From Spirochaetia bacterium (GTDB lineage Bacteria; Spirochaetota; Spirochaetia; SZUA-6; Bin103), in NCBI GenBank assembly GCA_965203905.1, contig CBDBDQ010000005.1, positions 1,504,001 to 1,568,000 of the forward strand: 64,000 bases of DNA, read 5' to 3'. The notes under the pieces are model-generated. The model worked only from the letters and a program-made list of their open reading frames with translations, made no database searches and had not been told where the DNA came from. Each line of letters opens with the position of its first letter. The first letter of the stretch is position 1. Below, one piece after another: positions 21,443 through 31,751 of this stretch. The position numbers and the translations under genes were made by a program.

Positions 21443-21524
21443 CGGGCCGTGTCGGGAGTCTCATGAGCAACGTTTCAGCGGTCACAACGGCGACGCGCCG
21501 CGCGGTTACGGGGAGGAGGCGGTG

Positions 21525-22988
21525 GTGAACGGCGCCGCACCGGGGGTTGCGGTGTGGCGGGAGCTGCTCGCCACCAGCGCCGGGACCAGACGCTGGCAGC
21601 GCGCGGCGGTTGCCGCCAACGCCGAGTTGAACGCGTTCACCGAGGTGGACGCCGAACGCGACCGGGACGGCGCCGCCGATGGCGCCGCGGGCACCGGCGA
21701 GTCTGCCGCCGGCACCGGCGCATTGGCCGGGGTGCCGTTTGCGGTCAAGGACAACATCGCGGTACGCGGCTTCTCCCTCTCCTGCGGTTCGGCGCTGCTG
21801 CGTCCGTTGACGGCGCCCTATACCGCCACCGCCGTCGCCCGCCTGCAGGCTGCCGGGGCCCGCGTGGTGGGCAAGACCAACCTGGACGAGTTCGGGATGG
21901 GCTCCTCCAGCGAGAACTCCTGCTTCGGGGCGGTGCGCAACCCCTGGGACCGGGGGGTGGTGGCCGGCGGCTCCAGCGGCGGTTCGGCCGCGGCGGTGGC
22001 GGCCGGCATGGTGCCCTTTGCGCTCGGCTCGGACACCGGTGGCTCGGTGCGCCAGCCGGCCTCGTTCTGCGGCGTCTACGGCCTCAAGCCCACCTACGGC
22101 GCCGTGTCCCGCTTCGGTCTGGTGGCGTACGCCTCGTCCCTGGACGTGATCGGCATCACCGCCGCGGAGGTCGCCACCGCGCGCGCGGTGTTCGAGACCA
22201 TTCGCGGCGTGGACCAGCTCGACCAGTCATCGGTGGACTACCCGGAGCCGCCGCGGCAGGCGCCGCTGGAGTCGCTGGTGATCGGCATACCGGAGGGCGT
22301 CCTGGAGGGCGTGGACCCGGCGGTGCGGGCCGGGGTGCTCGCGACCCGCGAGCGGCTGCAGAGTCTCGGGATCCGGTGCGTACCGGTGGCCCTCGGGTCC
22401 CTCGACTACGTGGTGCCGGCCTACTACGTGATCGCCACCGCGGAGGCAAGCGCCAACCTGGCGCGCTACGACGGGGTGCGCTACGGTGCCCGCGGCGCGG
22501 AGGACGCGGCCGATTCCGAGGAGCTTACGGTGGCGGCGCGCAGCGCCGGCTTCGGTGCCGAGGTGAAGCTGCGCATCCTGGTGGGCACCTACGTGCTGCG
22601 CTCCGGGTTCCAGGAACAGTACTATCAACGCGCGCAACGGGTGCGGACCCTGATCCGGCACGCGTTCGAACAGGCATTCGAGGAGGTCGACCTGCTGCTG
22701 CTGCCCACCTTCCCGGTCCCGCCCTTCGCCCTCGGCGACGCCGGACTGGACGCCTTTCACCAGAAGCAGGGCGACCTGTTTACCTGCACCGCCAACCTGA
22801 CCGGCCTGCCGGCCCTGGCGCTGCCGAGCGCGGTGCATGAGGGGCTTCCGATCGGGGTGCAGCTCATCGCCCCCCACTTCCGCGAGGACCTGCTGTTCCA
22901 GGTGGCCACGCCGCTGGCGGCGCAGTACGCGGCGCCGCACCCGCCCGGCTATCTCGACCCGGCGACGCTGGCGGAGGCGGCGCGATGA
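21525..22988 (+). CDS. gatA: Amidotransferase subunit A
   Basis: KDNI, GKTNLDEFGMGS, GGSSGGSA, GSDTGGSVRQPA, SANLARYDG; GGAGG RBS. Confidence 0.95.
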   Translation: MNGAAPGVAVWRELLATSAGTRRWQRAAVAANAELNAFTEVDAERDRDGAADGAAGTGESAAGTGALAGVPFAVKDNIAVRGFSLSCGSALLRPLTAPYTATAVARLQAAGARVVGKTNLDEFGMGSSSENSCFGAVRNPWDRGVVAGGSSGGSAAAVAAGMVPFALGSDTGGSVRQPASFCGVYGLKPTYGAVSRFGLVAYASSLDVIGITAAEVATARAVFETIRGVDQLDQSSVDYPEPPRQAPLESLVIGIPEGVLEGVDPAVRAGVLATRERLQSLGIRCVPVALGSLDYVVPAYYVIATAEASANLARYDGVRYGARGAEDAADSEELTVAARSAGFGAEVKLRILVGTYVLRSGFQEQYYQRAQRVRTLIRHAFEQAFEEVDLLLLPTFPVPPFALGDAGLDAFHQKQGDLFTCTANLTGLPALALPSAVHEGLPIGVQLIAPHFREDLLFQVATPLAAQYAAPHPPGYLDPATLAEAAR

Positions 22989-24436
22989 CCGGCGCCGGGT
23001 GGCAGGCCCACATCGGGCTGGAGATTCACGTCCAGCTGATCACCGCTTCGAAGGTGTTCTGCCAGTGCCGCAACGCGTTCGGGGACCGGCCCAACGAGAA
23101 CGTGTGCCCGGTGTGCCTGGGTTATCCCGGCATTCTGCCGGCGCTGAACGCCGAGGCGGTGCTGAAGGCGTACGTGCTGGCGCGTTCCCTGGGCTGCGAG
23201 CTGAGCCCGCTCACCGTGTTCGAGCGCAAGAACTACTTCTACCCCGATCTGCCGAAGAACTACCAGATCTCCCAGTACGGGGCCCCGGTGGGCCGCGCCG
23301 GCAGCTTCTGCAGCGAGATCGACGGGCGCCGCGAGACGGTGGGAATCCGCGAGGTCCATCTGGAAGAGGATGCCGGCAAGATGATCCATGCCGGCGACGT
23401 GTCGCTGCTCGATTACAATCGCACCGGCACACCGCTGGTCGAGGTGGTCACCCAGCCCGACCTGGAGGGCGCCGGCGAGGCCGAGCAGTTCCTGGAGCAG
23501 TTCCGGCGCCTGGTGCGCTACCTGAAGGTGTGCGACGGCAACATGGAGCAGGGCTCGCTGCGCTGCGACGCCAACGTATCGGTGAACCGTCCCGGCGCCG
23601 GATTGGGAAGCAAAGTGGAGATCAAGAACCTCAACTCCTTCAAGTTCGTGCGCAACGCCCTCGCCTTCGAGATCAAGCGCCAGAGCGCGCAGCTCGCCCG
23701 TGGCGAGCAGGTGGCGGTGGAGACGCGGCTGTGGAACGAGAACCGCGACTGCACCGAGCCGATGCGGGTCAAGGAGAGCGAGGACGACTACCGTTACTTC
23801 CCGGAGCCGGACCTGCCCCCGTTCCGGCCCGACCAGGCGTTCCTGGCCGCGGTCGAGGAGCGGCTGGTGGAGTCGCCGCTGGCGCGCCGCGACCGGCTGC
23901 AAGAACAGCATGCGCTGCCGGCCCAACAGGCGGCCTTCATCACCGCCGAGCCGGAGACCGCGGAGTTCTTCGAGCAGACGGTGGCCGCCGGTGGCGATGC
24001 ATCGCAGGCGGCGCGCTGGCTGGGCGCCGACATTCGCAAGCACCTCAACCGGCGCCGGGAGACCCTGGGCGCGAGCCACCTGTCGCCGGCGCGGCTGGCG
24101 GCGCTGCTGGAGCTGCTGGCGGCGGGTACGGTGAGCGGCAAGATCGCCAAGCAGGTGCTGGAGACGGTGATCGAGCAGGACCGCGACCCGCAGGCTGTCG
24201 TGGCGGAGGACGGCCTGCGCCAGGTCACCGACGCCGCCGCGCTGCAACCGGTTCTGGACCGGGTGCTGGCGGACAATCCGCGCGTCGGCGAGCAGATCGC
24301 CGCCGGCGACCGCAAGCCGGTGGGATTCCTGGTCGGCCAGGTGATGCGCCATACCGCCGGCCGTGCCCAGCCCGACCAGGTGCATGGACTGATCGAAGCA
24401 CTGTACGCGCAGCAGGCCCCGGAGGCGCACCAATGA
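22985..24436 (+). CDS. gatB: Amidotransferase subunit B
   Basis: IGLEIHVQL, RKNYFYPDLPKNYQISQ, HLEEDAGK, EIKNLNS, YRYFPEPDL. Confidence 0.97.
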   Translation: MTGAGWQAHIGLEIHVQLITASKVFCQCRNAFGDRPNENVCPVCLGYPGILPALNAEAVLKAYVLARSLGCELSPLTVFERKNYFYPDLPKNYQISQYGAPVGRAGSFCSEIDGRRETVGIREVHLEEDAGKMIHAGDVSLLDYNRTGTPLVEVVTQPDLEGAGEAEQFLEQFRRLVRYLKVCDGNMEQGSLRCDANVSVNRPGAGLGSKVEIKNLNSFKFVRNALAFEIKRQSAQLARGEQVAVETRLWNENRDCTEPMRVKESEDDYRYFPEPDLPPFRPDQAFLAAVEERLVESPLARRDRLQEQHALPAQQAAFITAEPETAEFFEQTVAAGGDASQAARWLGADIRKHLNRRRETLGASHLSPARLAALLELLAAGTVSGKIAKQVLETVIEQDRDPQAVVAEDGLRQVTDAAALQPVLDRVLADNPRVGEQIAAGDRKPVGFLVGQVMRHTAGRAQPDQVHGLIEALYAQQAPEAHQ

Positions 24437-25764
24437 GCAGGTCGGAGGGCGAGCCGCTGGCGGCACCCCCCGAGCGGGTCCTGGCGGGCGAGCTGGCGCG
24501 CCAGGTTGGCTGCGGCGTGTTGCTGCGCGGCTGGGTGCACCGCCAGCGCGACCTGGGCGGGGTGTGCTTCCTGCTGCTGCGCGACCGCTCCGGGCTGTGT
24601 CAGGTGGTGTTCCGCAGCGCGCCCACCGACGCGGCGGGCAATCCGCTTACCCTGGAGTCGGTGGTCGAGGTGCGCGGTGCGGTGGCGGCCAACGGCAAGG
24701 CGCCCGGCGGCTACGAGGTGCAGGCCGAGTCGCTGGCGGTGATTTCCAGTGCCGCGCCGGAGCTGCCGCTGGCGGTGAACCAGGATCCGGGACAGCTCAG
24801 CCTGGAGGCGATGCTGGAGCATCGCATGGTGAGCCTGCGCAACCCCAAGACGCTGGCGATCTTCCGCCTGCAGGCCGAGATCGTGCGCCTGTTTGCCGAG
24901 CACCTGCGCCGCGAAGGGTTCACCGAGATCAAGTCCTCCAAGCTGATCGGCAGCGGCACGGAGGGCGGCACCGGGCTGTTCGCGGTGGAGTACTTCGACC
25001 GTACCGTGTACCTGGCGCAGTCGCCGCAGCTCTACAAGCAGGCGATGGTGGCGGCCGGCCTGGAACGGGTGTTCGAGATCGGCATGGCCTACCGCGCCGA
25101 GAAGCACGACACCCCGCGGCACATCAACGAGTACGTCTCGCTGGACGTGGAGATGGCGTTCATCGACAGCGAGCACGACCTGATGGACCTGGAGCAGCGG
25201 TTGCTGGGCGCCATATTCGCGGGACTGGAGCGCGACGCGGCCGGAATCCTGGCGCAGTGGGACGCGCAGGTGCCGGATGCCGCCGCCGTGGCCGCCATAC
25301 CGCGCCTGACCCATGACGAGGCGCGCGCCGTGGTCGGCGCCGCCAGCGGCCGCCGGGTCTACGAGATCAACCCGGAGGGGGAGCGCGTGCTGTGTGAATG
25401 GGCGGCCGCCGAGCACGGCGTCGACGCGGTGTTCGTGTACGGCTATCCGCGCCGCAAGCGGCCCTTCTACACCTTCCCCAGCGCCGGCAACAAGACCATG
25501 TCGTTCGACCTGCTGTTCCGCGGCCAGGAGATCACCTCCGGCGGGCGCCGCATCAACGACCACGGCGCGCTGGTGGAGAGCCTGCGGCGGTTCGGCCTGG
25601 AGCCCGCCGCGATGGCCGATTACCTGTCGGTGTTCCGCTACGGCTGCCCGCCGCACGGCGGCTTCGCCATCGGCCTGGAGCGGCTGACCCAGACCATCCT
25701 CGGCCTCGCCAGCGTCAAGCAGGCAACCCTGTTCCCGCGCGACCGCAAGCGGGTACGTCCGTGA
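24433..25764 (+). CDS. aspS: Non-discriminating aspartyl-tRNA synthetase (short, archaeal-type)
   Basis: OB fold with KAPGG loop, LAQSPQLYKQ, motif 3 PPHGGFAIGLER; co-operonic with gatCAB. Confidence 0.92.
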   Translation: MSRSEGEPLAAPPERVLAGELARQVGCGVLLRGWVHRQRDLGGVCFLLLRDRSGLCQVVFRSAPTDAAGNPLTLESVVEVRGAVAANGKAPGGYEVQAESLAVISSAAPELPLAVNQDPGQLSLEAMLEHRMVSLRNPKTLAIFRLQAEIVRLFAEHLRREGFTEIKSSKLIGSGTEGGTGLFAVEYFDRTVYLAQSPQLYKQAMVAAGLERVFEIGMAYRAEKHDTPRHINEYVSLDVEMAFIDSEHDLMDLEQRLLGAIFAGLERDAAGILAQWDAQVPDAAAVAAIPRLTHDEARAVVGAASGRRVYEINPEGERVLCEWAAAEHGVDAVFVYGYPRRKRPFYTFPSAGNKTMSFDLLFRGQEITSGGRRINDHGALVESLRRFGLEPAAMADYLSVFRYGCPPHGGFAIGLERLTQTILGLASVKQATLFPRDRKRVRP

Positions 25765-26488
25765 CGCCGTTCCCCGTCCGCAGGTAGGCGGCTACCGCGC
25801 GCGGGTGTGCGAGCAGGCGCGCGGCTCCGGCGGCGAGCAGGGAGCGCGCGCTGCGGTAGCCCCAGGTGGCGCCGACCGGCAGGGCACCGCAGCGGCGCGC
25901 GGCCAGCATGTCGGTCTCGCCATCCCCCACCAGCAGCAGGTGCCGCGGCGCCAGGCGCAGCATGCGGGCCACGGCCACGACCCCGGCGGGATCGGGCTTC
26001 GCCGCCCGTGGCGGCTGCAGCCCCAGCACCGCGTGGAAGGGCACGTCCGGGAACACGCCGCGCACGACCATCAGGGTCTCCTCGTGCAGCTTGTTGGAAA
26101 GCACCGCCAGCGGGACGCGGCGCCGGAGCAGCTCGGCCAGCAACCAGCGGACTCCCGGGTAGGGGCGGGTGGTGCGCAGTGCGTGGCGGCGATAGTGGGT
26201 GCGCATCAGGGTACGGGCGGCCGTCACCTGGCTCTGGTCGCGGCGGGCGGGTGGCAGGGCGCCGGCGATCATCACCTCGATGCCGGCTCCGATGAGCGGC
26301 AGATAGAATTCGAACGGGTGGGTGGGGTATCCCAGCTCGTCCAGGGTGGCGTTCATGGCCGCGGCCAGGTCAGGCAGCGAGTCGACCAGCGTGCCGTCGA
26401 GGTCGAAGATCACGGCTCCGGGCGGTGGAAGGCGAGGGCTGCGCAAGACGCGGTATCTTAAGCGCGCCGGTGCGCTTGATCCACCCAC
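25715..26488 (-). CDS. HAD-family hydrolase (phosphoglycolate phosphatase-like)
   Basis: FDLDGTL, LSNK, KPDP, VGDGETD; start uncertain. Confidence 0.88.
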   Translation of the reverse strand: MGGSSAPARLRYRVLRSPRLPPPGAVIFDLDGTLVDSLPDLAAAMNATLDELGYPTHPFEFYLPLIGAGIEVMIAGALPPARRDQSQVTAARTLMRTHYRRHALRTTRPYPGVRWLLAELLRRRVPLAVLSNKLHEETLMVVRGVFPDVPFHAVLGLQPPRAAKPDPAGVVAVARMLRLAPRHLLLVGDGETDMLAARRCGALPVGATWGYRSARSLLAAGAARLLAHPRAVAAYLRTGNGVTDVPACGRAGTGLPA

Positions 26489-26510
26489 GTCGGTCAGCGG
26501 GTCGGCGAGG

Positions 26511-27293
26511 TCAGTGGTCGAACCTCGGGGCCACGGGCGAGATGGTCACGCCGGTGCCGTCCGTCTGCAGCGCCAGAGCCCGGCCGTCATCGGCGAGCAA
26601 CAGGTGGTAGCCGCCGGGCACGGCCAGTGTGAGCCGCGCGCGGCCGTCGCTCAGCAGCGGCGGGGCAAAGGGGTTCCACCACACCCAGCGCCCGGCCGGA
26701 AGCTGAACCTCGACGCCGCGCTGCGGCAGCGGCCGGATCGCCGCGCTGCTCATGGCGTCGGCGCCCAGCGCCGCGAGGATGGCCGCGCGGTCCAGTTGCC
26801 AGGGGTTGCCCGCCGCGCGAGCCGTGATCTCACGGTCCAGGCGCTCCACGTTGAGCAGCCACGGGGCGGCGCCGCCCCGCCACAGGTCCAGCACCAGGCT
26901 GGCCAGGAGGCCGCGCTCCCAGGTAACCTCCAGGGCCCCCGAACGGGCAGCGCTGACCGGTACCACCGCACCGGCGGGACGCAGCAGTCTGCCGTTGCCG
27001 GCGCGCGCAACCGCCGCCGCGCCCCCTTCCGCCGCGGGTCCGGTGACCCGGGGCCGGGCCACGATCACCGAAGCCGGGTAGCGTCCGAGCGGCAGCGCCA
27101 GCGTGGCGCCGGGGCGCGCTGCCGGCAACTGCCGCTGGCGGCCGTCGCGGCCGTCGACCAGGGTAAGCTCCAGGACCACTTCGAAGTGGCGCCATGCCGG
27201 CGGCAGCTCCGGGAGGTGCACCAGCCGGTGCTCCTGCCACAGGTCGCACCCGGCCAGCACCGTGCTGGCGATACCCAGGACCGCCGTTACCAT
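26511..27293 (-). CDS. Hypothetical lipoprotein
   Basis: Hydrophobic signal ending in lipobox LAGC. Confidence 0.6.
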   Translation of the reverse strand: MVTAVLGIASTVLAGCDLWQEHRLVHLPELPPAWRHFEVVLELTLVDGRDGRQRQLPAARPGATLALPLGRYPASVIVARPRVTGPAAEGGAAAVARAGNGRLLRPAGAVVPVSAARSGALEVTWERGLLASLVLDLWRGGAAPWLLNVERLDREITARAAGNPWQLDRAAILAALGADAMSSAAIRPLPQRGVEVQLPAGRWVWWNPFAPPLLSDGRARLTLAVPGGYHLLLADDGRALALQTDGTGVTISPVAPRFDH

Positions 27294-27385
27294 TGCCCGC
27301 GCGGCGCACCGCGCCGCTGTGCTACGTGTCACACCCTGAACAACGGCCGGCTGTCAGTGTCGCTCTTATTCGGGCGAAAAAGCTG

Positions 27386-29296
27386 CTAGCGGTCGCCGGT
27401 GGGCGCCGTGGTGCGTCCGGAGCGGTACATCCCCAGCAGGCGGTAACTGGCCGCGGCGGCGCGCACCTGCTCCATTGCCCGCTCGAACTCACCGCGCTCG
27501 GGCGGCAGGTCCAGATCGACGTAGAACATGTACTCCCAGGGACGGCCCGGGATCGGCCGCGACTCCAGTTTCTTCATGTTGAGATTGCGATCGGCCAGCA
27601 CCTGCAGCACCTGGAACAGGCTGCCCGGCTCGTCGCGGGCGGAGAACACGATGGAGGCGCGGGTGGGATCCACCACGGCGGCGTGGTCGTCGCGCGCGAG
27701 AACCACGAACCGGGTGTAGTTGCGGATGTTGGTCTCGATTCCCTCCGCCAGCACGCTCATGCCGTGCTCGCGAGCCGCCGCGGCGCCGGCCAGGGCCGCC
27801 TGGGCCACGTCGCCGGACCGCGCCACCTCCGCCACCGCGCCGGCGGTGTCGTAGAACGCCACTTCTTCCCACTCGGGAAACCCGGCCAGGAACTGCGCGC
27901 ACTGCGCCAGCCCCTGCGGGTGGGAGAGCACCCGGCGGATCTGCGCGGTGGTGGCGCCGGGTACCGCGATCAGGCACCAGACGATGCGGGTGGTGATCTC
28001 GCCGACGATCCTGATGTCGGGAAATTGCAGCAGCAGGTCGTAGTTCTGGTGAATCGAGCCGGTAAGCGAGTTCTCGATCGGCAGCATGCCGTAGTCCACC
28101 GAACCGTCCAGCACCATTCGGAACACGTCTGCGAACTCGCGTCCCGGCACTGACTGCGGATGGGAGAAGTAACGGCGGATGGCGTTCTCGCTGTGGGCGC
28201 CGCGCTCGCCCTGAAACGCCACCGAAACGGTATCGGCATGGGCCGCGGACGCCGACTGCCGCGGGCGATCGGATCTCGGCAGCCGCGTCACCTCCTTGCC
28301 CAGCACCGGCGCCAGCCGCTCGATGTCGCGCATCAGCTTCTCGAACTGGGAAGGGAACAGGGACTGGGGGCCGTCGGAGAGGGCGGCCTCGGGATCGGGA
28401 TGCACCTCCACCAGAATGCCGTCGGCGCCGGCCGCCACCGCCGCCAGGGCCATCGGCCCGACCTTGTCGCGCATGCCGGTGCCGTGGCTGGGGTCGACGA
28501 AGATCGGCAGGTGGCTGAGCTTCTTGACCACCGGGATCGCCGACAGGTCGAGCGTGTTGCGGGTATAGGTCTCGAAGGTACGAATGCCGCGCTCGCACAG
28601 AATCACCGCGTCGGTGCCGTGCGCCAGCAGGTACTCGGCGGACATCAGCAGATCCTCGATGGTGGCGGCCAGACCGCGTTTGAGCAGCACCGGCTTGCCC
28701 ACCTCGCCGACCCGCTTGAGGAGCTCGAAGTTCTGCATGTTGCGCGCGCCGATCTGCAGCACGTCCACGCAGTCTTTCAGCAGCGGCAGATACTCGGTCG
28801 ACACCACCTCGGAGACGACCGGCAGCCCATAGCGGTCGCCGGCCTCCTTGAGCAGCTCGATGCCGGGCTGCCCCAGACCCTGAAACGAGTAGGGGGACGT
28901 ACGTGGCTTGAAGGCGCCGCCGCGCAGCCCCACGGCACCCGATTCCCGCAGCAGCGCCGCCACTTCGAAGATCTGTTCGCGCGACTCTACCGCGCAGGGG
29001 CCGGCGAATACCGCCAGCCGTGCGCCGCCCACCTTGACCGGGCCGACGGGGATCTCGGTTTCGTCGCGCTTGAACTCGCGCGAGGCGAGCTTGTAGGGCT
29101 GGCTGAGCGGGACCACCTGCGACACTCCGGGCAGCAGCTCCACCTGGCGGCGATCGATCGGGTCCCCGCCTACCGCCCCGAGCACCGTCTCGCCGTCCTG
29201 GCGCAACTCGCGGATCTGGTAGCGATGTGCCTGGAGATGTTCGCGCACCGAGCGTTTCTGCGACTCGCTAATGCTGCGGTCGAGCACGACGACCAT
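27386..29296 (-). CDS. aroF: Fused DAHP synthase (type I-beta) and prephenate dehydratase-ACT
   Basis: AGPCAVES, GAFKPRTSPYSFQG, QIGARNMQN; then VAFQGERGAHSE, PIENSLTG, NYTRF, LESRP. Confidence 0.92.
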   Translation of the reverse strand: MVVVLDRSISESQKRSVREHLQAHRYQIRELRQDGETVLGAVGGDPIDRRQVELLPGVSQVVPLSQPYKLASREFKRDETEIPVGPVKVGGARLAVFAGPCAVESREQIFEVAALLRESGAVGLRGGAFKPRTSPYSFQGLGQPGIELLKEAGDRYGLPVVSEVVSTEYLPLLKDCVDVLQIGARNMQNFELLKRVGEVGKPVLLKRGLAATIEDLLMSAEYLLAHGTDAVILCERGIRTFETYTRNTLDLSAIPVVKKLSHLPIFVDPSHGTGMRDKVGPMALAAVAAGADGILVEVHPDPEAALSDGPQSLFPSQFEKLMRDIERLAPVLGKEVTRLPRSDRPRQSASAAHADTVSVAFQGERGAHSENAIRRYFSHPQSVPGREFADVFRMVLDGSVDYGMLPIENSLTGSIHQNYDLLLQFPDIRIVGEITTRIVWCLIAVPGATTAQIRRVLSHPQGLAQCAQFLAGFPEWEEVAFYDTAGAVAEVARSGDVAQAALAGAAAAREHGMSVLAEGIETNIRNYTRFVVLARDDHAAVVDPTRASIVFSARDEPGSLFQVLQVLADRNLNMKKLESRPIPGRPWEYMFYVDLDLPPERGEFERAMEQVRAAAASYRLLGMYRSGRTTAPTGDR

Positions 29297-29359
29297 GGCT
29301 GACCCTAGGGAGTGCGCTTTTGGCGTGTCAAGATGCGCGCTGCCGGCTACACTGCAGCG

Positions 29360-29908
29360 GTGCGCAAGTTGATTGTCCAATACGTCAAGGACCTGACCGC
29401 GGGGCGTCTCGCTTCCGGGTTCGAGCACGCCTACCGGGTCTACCACCTGGCGCGGGAGATCGGGGAAGACGAGCAGTACGACGACGACGTACTGCACGCC
29501 GCCTGCTTTCTGCACAACATCGAGATACCGGCACGGCGGCTGGCCGAGGCGGCGGAAAAAGCGGAGCTGATCCTGTCCGAGACCGGCTTCCCGCCGGACC
29601 GCACCCAGTTGGTGATTCAGGCAATCCGCCAGCACCGCCCCGGCAGCCGTCCCTCCACGGTGGAGGGGAAACTGCTGTACGACGCCAACCTGCTCGACAC
29701 CATGGGGGCGATCGGGTTCGCGCGGCTCGCCATCGGCGCCTTCTTCTGGCATCACTACCGGACCATGCAGGAGGTGCTGGACCTGATCCGCGAGCGCCTC
29801 AGCTACGCCGACACCTTCCACTACGAGCGCGCCCGCGCGATGGCCGAACCCAAGGTCGTGTTCATGCGCGAGGCGGTGGCGCAACTGGCGGCGGAACTCG
29901 ACCTCTAG
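29360..29908 (+). CDS. HD-domain protein
   Basis: EHAYRVY, AACFLHN (HD variant), DANLLDTMGAIG. Confidence 0.8.
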   Translation: MRKLIVQYVKDLTAGRLASGFEHAYRVYHLAREIGEDEQYDDDVLHAACFLHNIEIPARRLAEAAEKAELILSETGFPPDRTQLVIQAIRQHRPGSRPSTVEGKLLYDANLLDTMGAIGFARLAIGAFFWHHYRTMQEVLDLIRERLSYADTFHYERARAMAEPKVVFMREAVAQLAAELDL

Positions 29909-30711
29909 CTAGCACCCTCGGCCGACTCGTCGAAGCCCAGGCCGCGCTGCTTCATGCTGACGAAGCCGCGCGCGCCGATCACCAGGTGATCCTGCAGGTC
30001 GATGTCCATGGTGGCCGCGCTCGCCACCAGCCGGCGCGTGATGCGGATGTCTTCGGGGCTGGGGGTGGGATCGCCCGACGGGTGGTTGTGCACGACGACG
30101 AAGTTGGGGCAGTTCTCCTTGATTGCCGGCCGCAGCACCTCGGCGATGCGCACCGAGGCGGAATTGACCGTTCCCTGGTACACGTGGTGGACCCGCAGCA
30201 CCTCCTGCTTGGTGCTGAGCAGGACGACGCACAGCTTCTCCTGCGCCTGGTGCGCCAACTCCGCACCGATCAGGTTGTAGATGTCCTCGGGGGTGCGGAT
30301 CCGCGCGCGGTCCTCCGGCGCCACGCTGGCGGCGCGGCGCCCCAGTTCCAGCGCGGCGACCACCTGCGCCGCCTTGGCCTCGTTCACGCCTTTGAGGGTG
30401 CAGATCTCCGGCACCGACGCCTGCAGCAGGCCGCGCAGGCCGCAGCACGTGGTCAGCAGCCGGACCGCGAGCGCCAGCACGCTTTCGCCGCGCACGCCGG
30501 TGCGCAGCAGGATCGCGATCAGCTCGGAGTTGGTGAGCGAGCCTGCCCCGAAGGCCAGCAGCCGTTCCCGCGGCCGTTCCGCGCTGGGCAGCTCGCGTAT
30601 CGAGGTCGAGTAGGACGCCGGCTGTGCAGGCGCACGCTCGCCAGGCGGACCTGCGCCGCGGTCGCCGGCTGCGGGCCGACCTCTTGCGGGGGGAGAGACC
30701 GAGGTATGCAT
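29905..30711 (-). CDS. radC: RadC/JAB-domain protein
   Basis: ERPRERL, ELIAILLRTG, VHNHPSGDPTPSPED, DHLVIG. Confidence 0.93.
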   Translation of the reverse strand: MHTSVSPPARGRPAAGDRGAGPPGERAPAQPASYSTSIRELPSAERPRERLLAFGAGSLTNSELIAILLRTGVRGESVLALAVRLLTTCCGLRGLLQASVPEICTLKGVNEAKAAQVVAALELGRRAASVAPEDRARIRTPEDIYNLIGAELAHQAQEKLCVVLLSTKQEVLRVHHVYQGTVNSASVRIAEVLRPAIKENCPNFVVVHNHPSGDPTPSPEDIRITRRLVASAATMDIDLQDHLVIGARGFVSMKQRGLGFDESAEGAS

Positions 30712-30803
30712 ACGCTCCCTTACAACGGTTCCCGCGGGCGCCGCGCTTTTTGTCACCGCCGCCACCGGTCCCCGAGTACGCGGGTTGCCGGTTACCATGC
30801 ACC

Positions 30804-31706
30804 ATGGGTGAAGAGGCCGGCACCGGTCGGCCCGGCAGCGGCGACATCGCCCGCATCGGTGACCTGGCGGGGCAGCGCGCGGTCGGCTTCCGCCGCGCCA
30901 GCCGCGGCTACACGCCCGCCGAGCGCTGGATCGTGGCGCTGGCAGACGGCTCATGCGTGTTCGCCAAGATCGGCGTCGATCGCAAGACGTCGGCTTGGCT
31001 GCGCACCGAGCAGCGGGTGTATGCCGCCCTGCGGGGCGACTTCATGCCGCAGGTGCGCGCCTGGGACGATGGGGTACGGCCGCTGCTGCTGCTGGAGGAT
31101 CTCAGCACCTGCCGGTGGCCGCCGCCGTGGCACGCCGCGGACGTCGACCGTGTGCTGGCGGCGCTGGCGGAGTTGCGGGCCGCCGACCCCGGCGGCGTGC
31201 TGCCGCCGCTGAGCGTCGCCGACCGCGATCTCGCCGCGAGCTGGCGGCGGGTGGCCGCGGCGCCGGCGCAGTTTCTGTCCCTGGGCCTGGCAACCGGGAG
31301 CTGGCTCGGCCGCAGCGCTCCGTCACTCATCGACGCGGCGGAGAGTGCGCTGCTAGACGGGCCGTATCCCACCCATCAGGACGTGCGCAGCGACAACCTC
31401 TGTTTCCGTGGCGGCCGCGCACTGCTGGTGGACTGGAACCTGGCGGTGCTGGCCCACCCCGACCTCGACATCGCCTTCTGGCTGCCGAGCCTGCATGCCG
31501 AGGGCGGCCCGGCACCGGAGGAGATCCTGCCCAGGGCCGCGCCGCTGGCGGCGGTGATCAGCGGCTTCTTTGCCGAGCGTGCCGGCAAGCCGCCGCTCCC
31601 GACGGCTCCGGGGGTGCGCCGCGTGCAATTGCAGCAGCTGCGCACGGCGCTGCCATGGGCGGCGCGCGCCCTCGGACTGGCGCCGCTCGACGGTCCGGCC
31701 GGGTAG
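30804..31706 (+). CDS. Aminoglycoside phosphotransferase-like kinase
   Basis: VFAK, LLLEDL, HQDVRSDN, LVDW. Confidence 0.85.
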   Translation: MGEEAGTGRPGSGDIARIGDLAGQRAVGFRRASRGYTPAERWIVALADGSCVFAKIGVDRKTSAWLRTEQRVYAALRGDFMPQVRAWDDGVRPLLLLEDLSTCRWPPPWHAADVDRVLAALAELRAADPGGVLPPLSVADRDLAASWRRVAAAPAQFLSLGLATGSWLGRSAPSLIDAAESALLDGPYPTHQDVRSDNLCFRGGRALLVDWNLAVLAHPDLDIAFWLPSLHAEGGPAPEEILPRAAPLAAVISGFFAERAGKPPLPTAPGVRRVQLQQLRTALPWAARALGLAPLDGPAG

Positions 31707-31751
31707 AGGGCCGCCGCGCCCGCAACGGGTTCCCGTCCGGCGCACCAGCAG

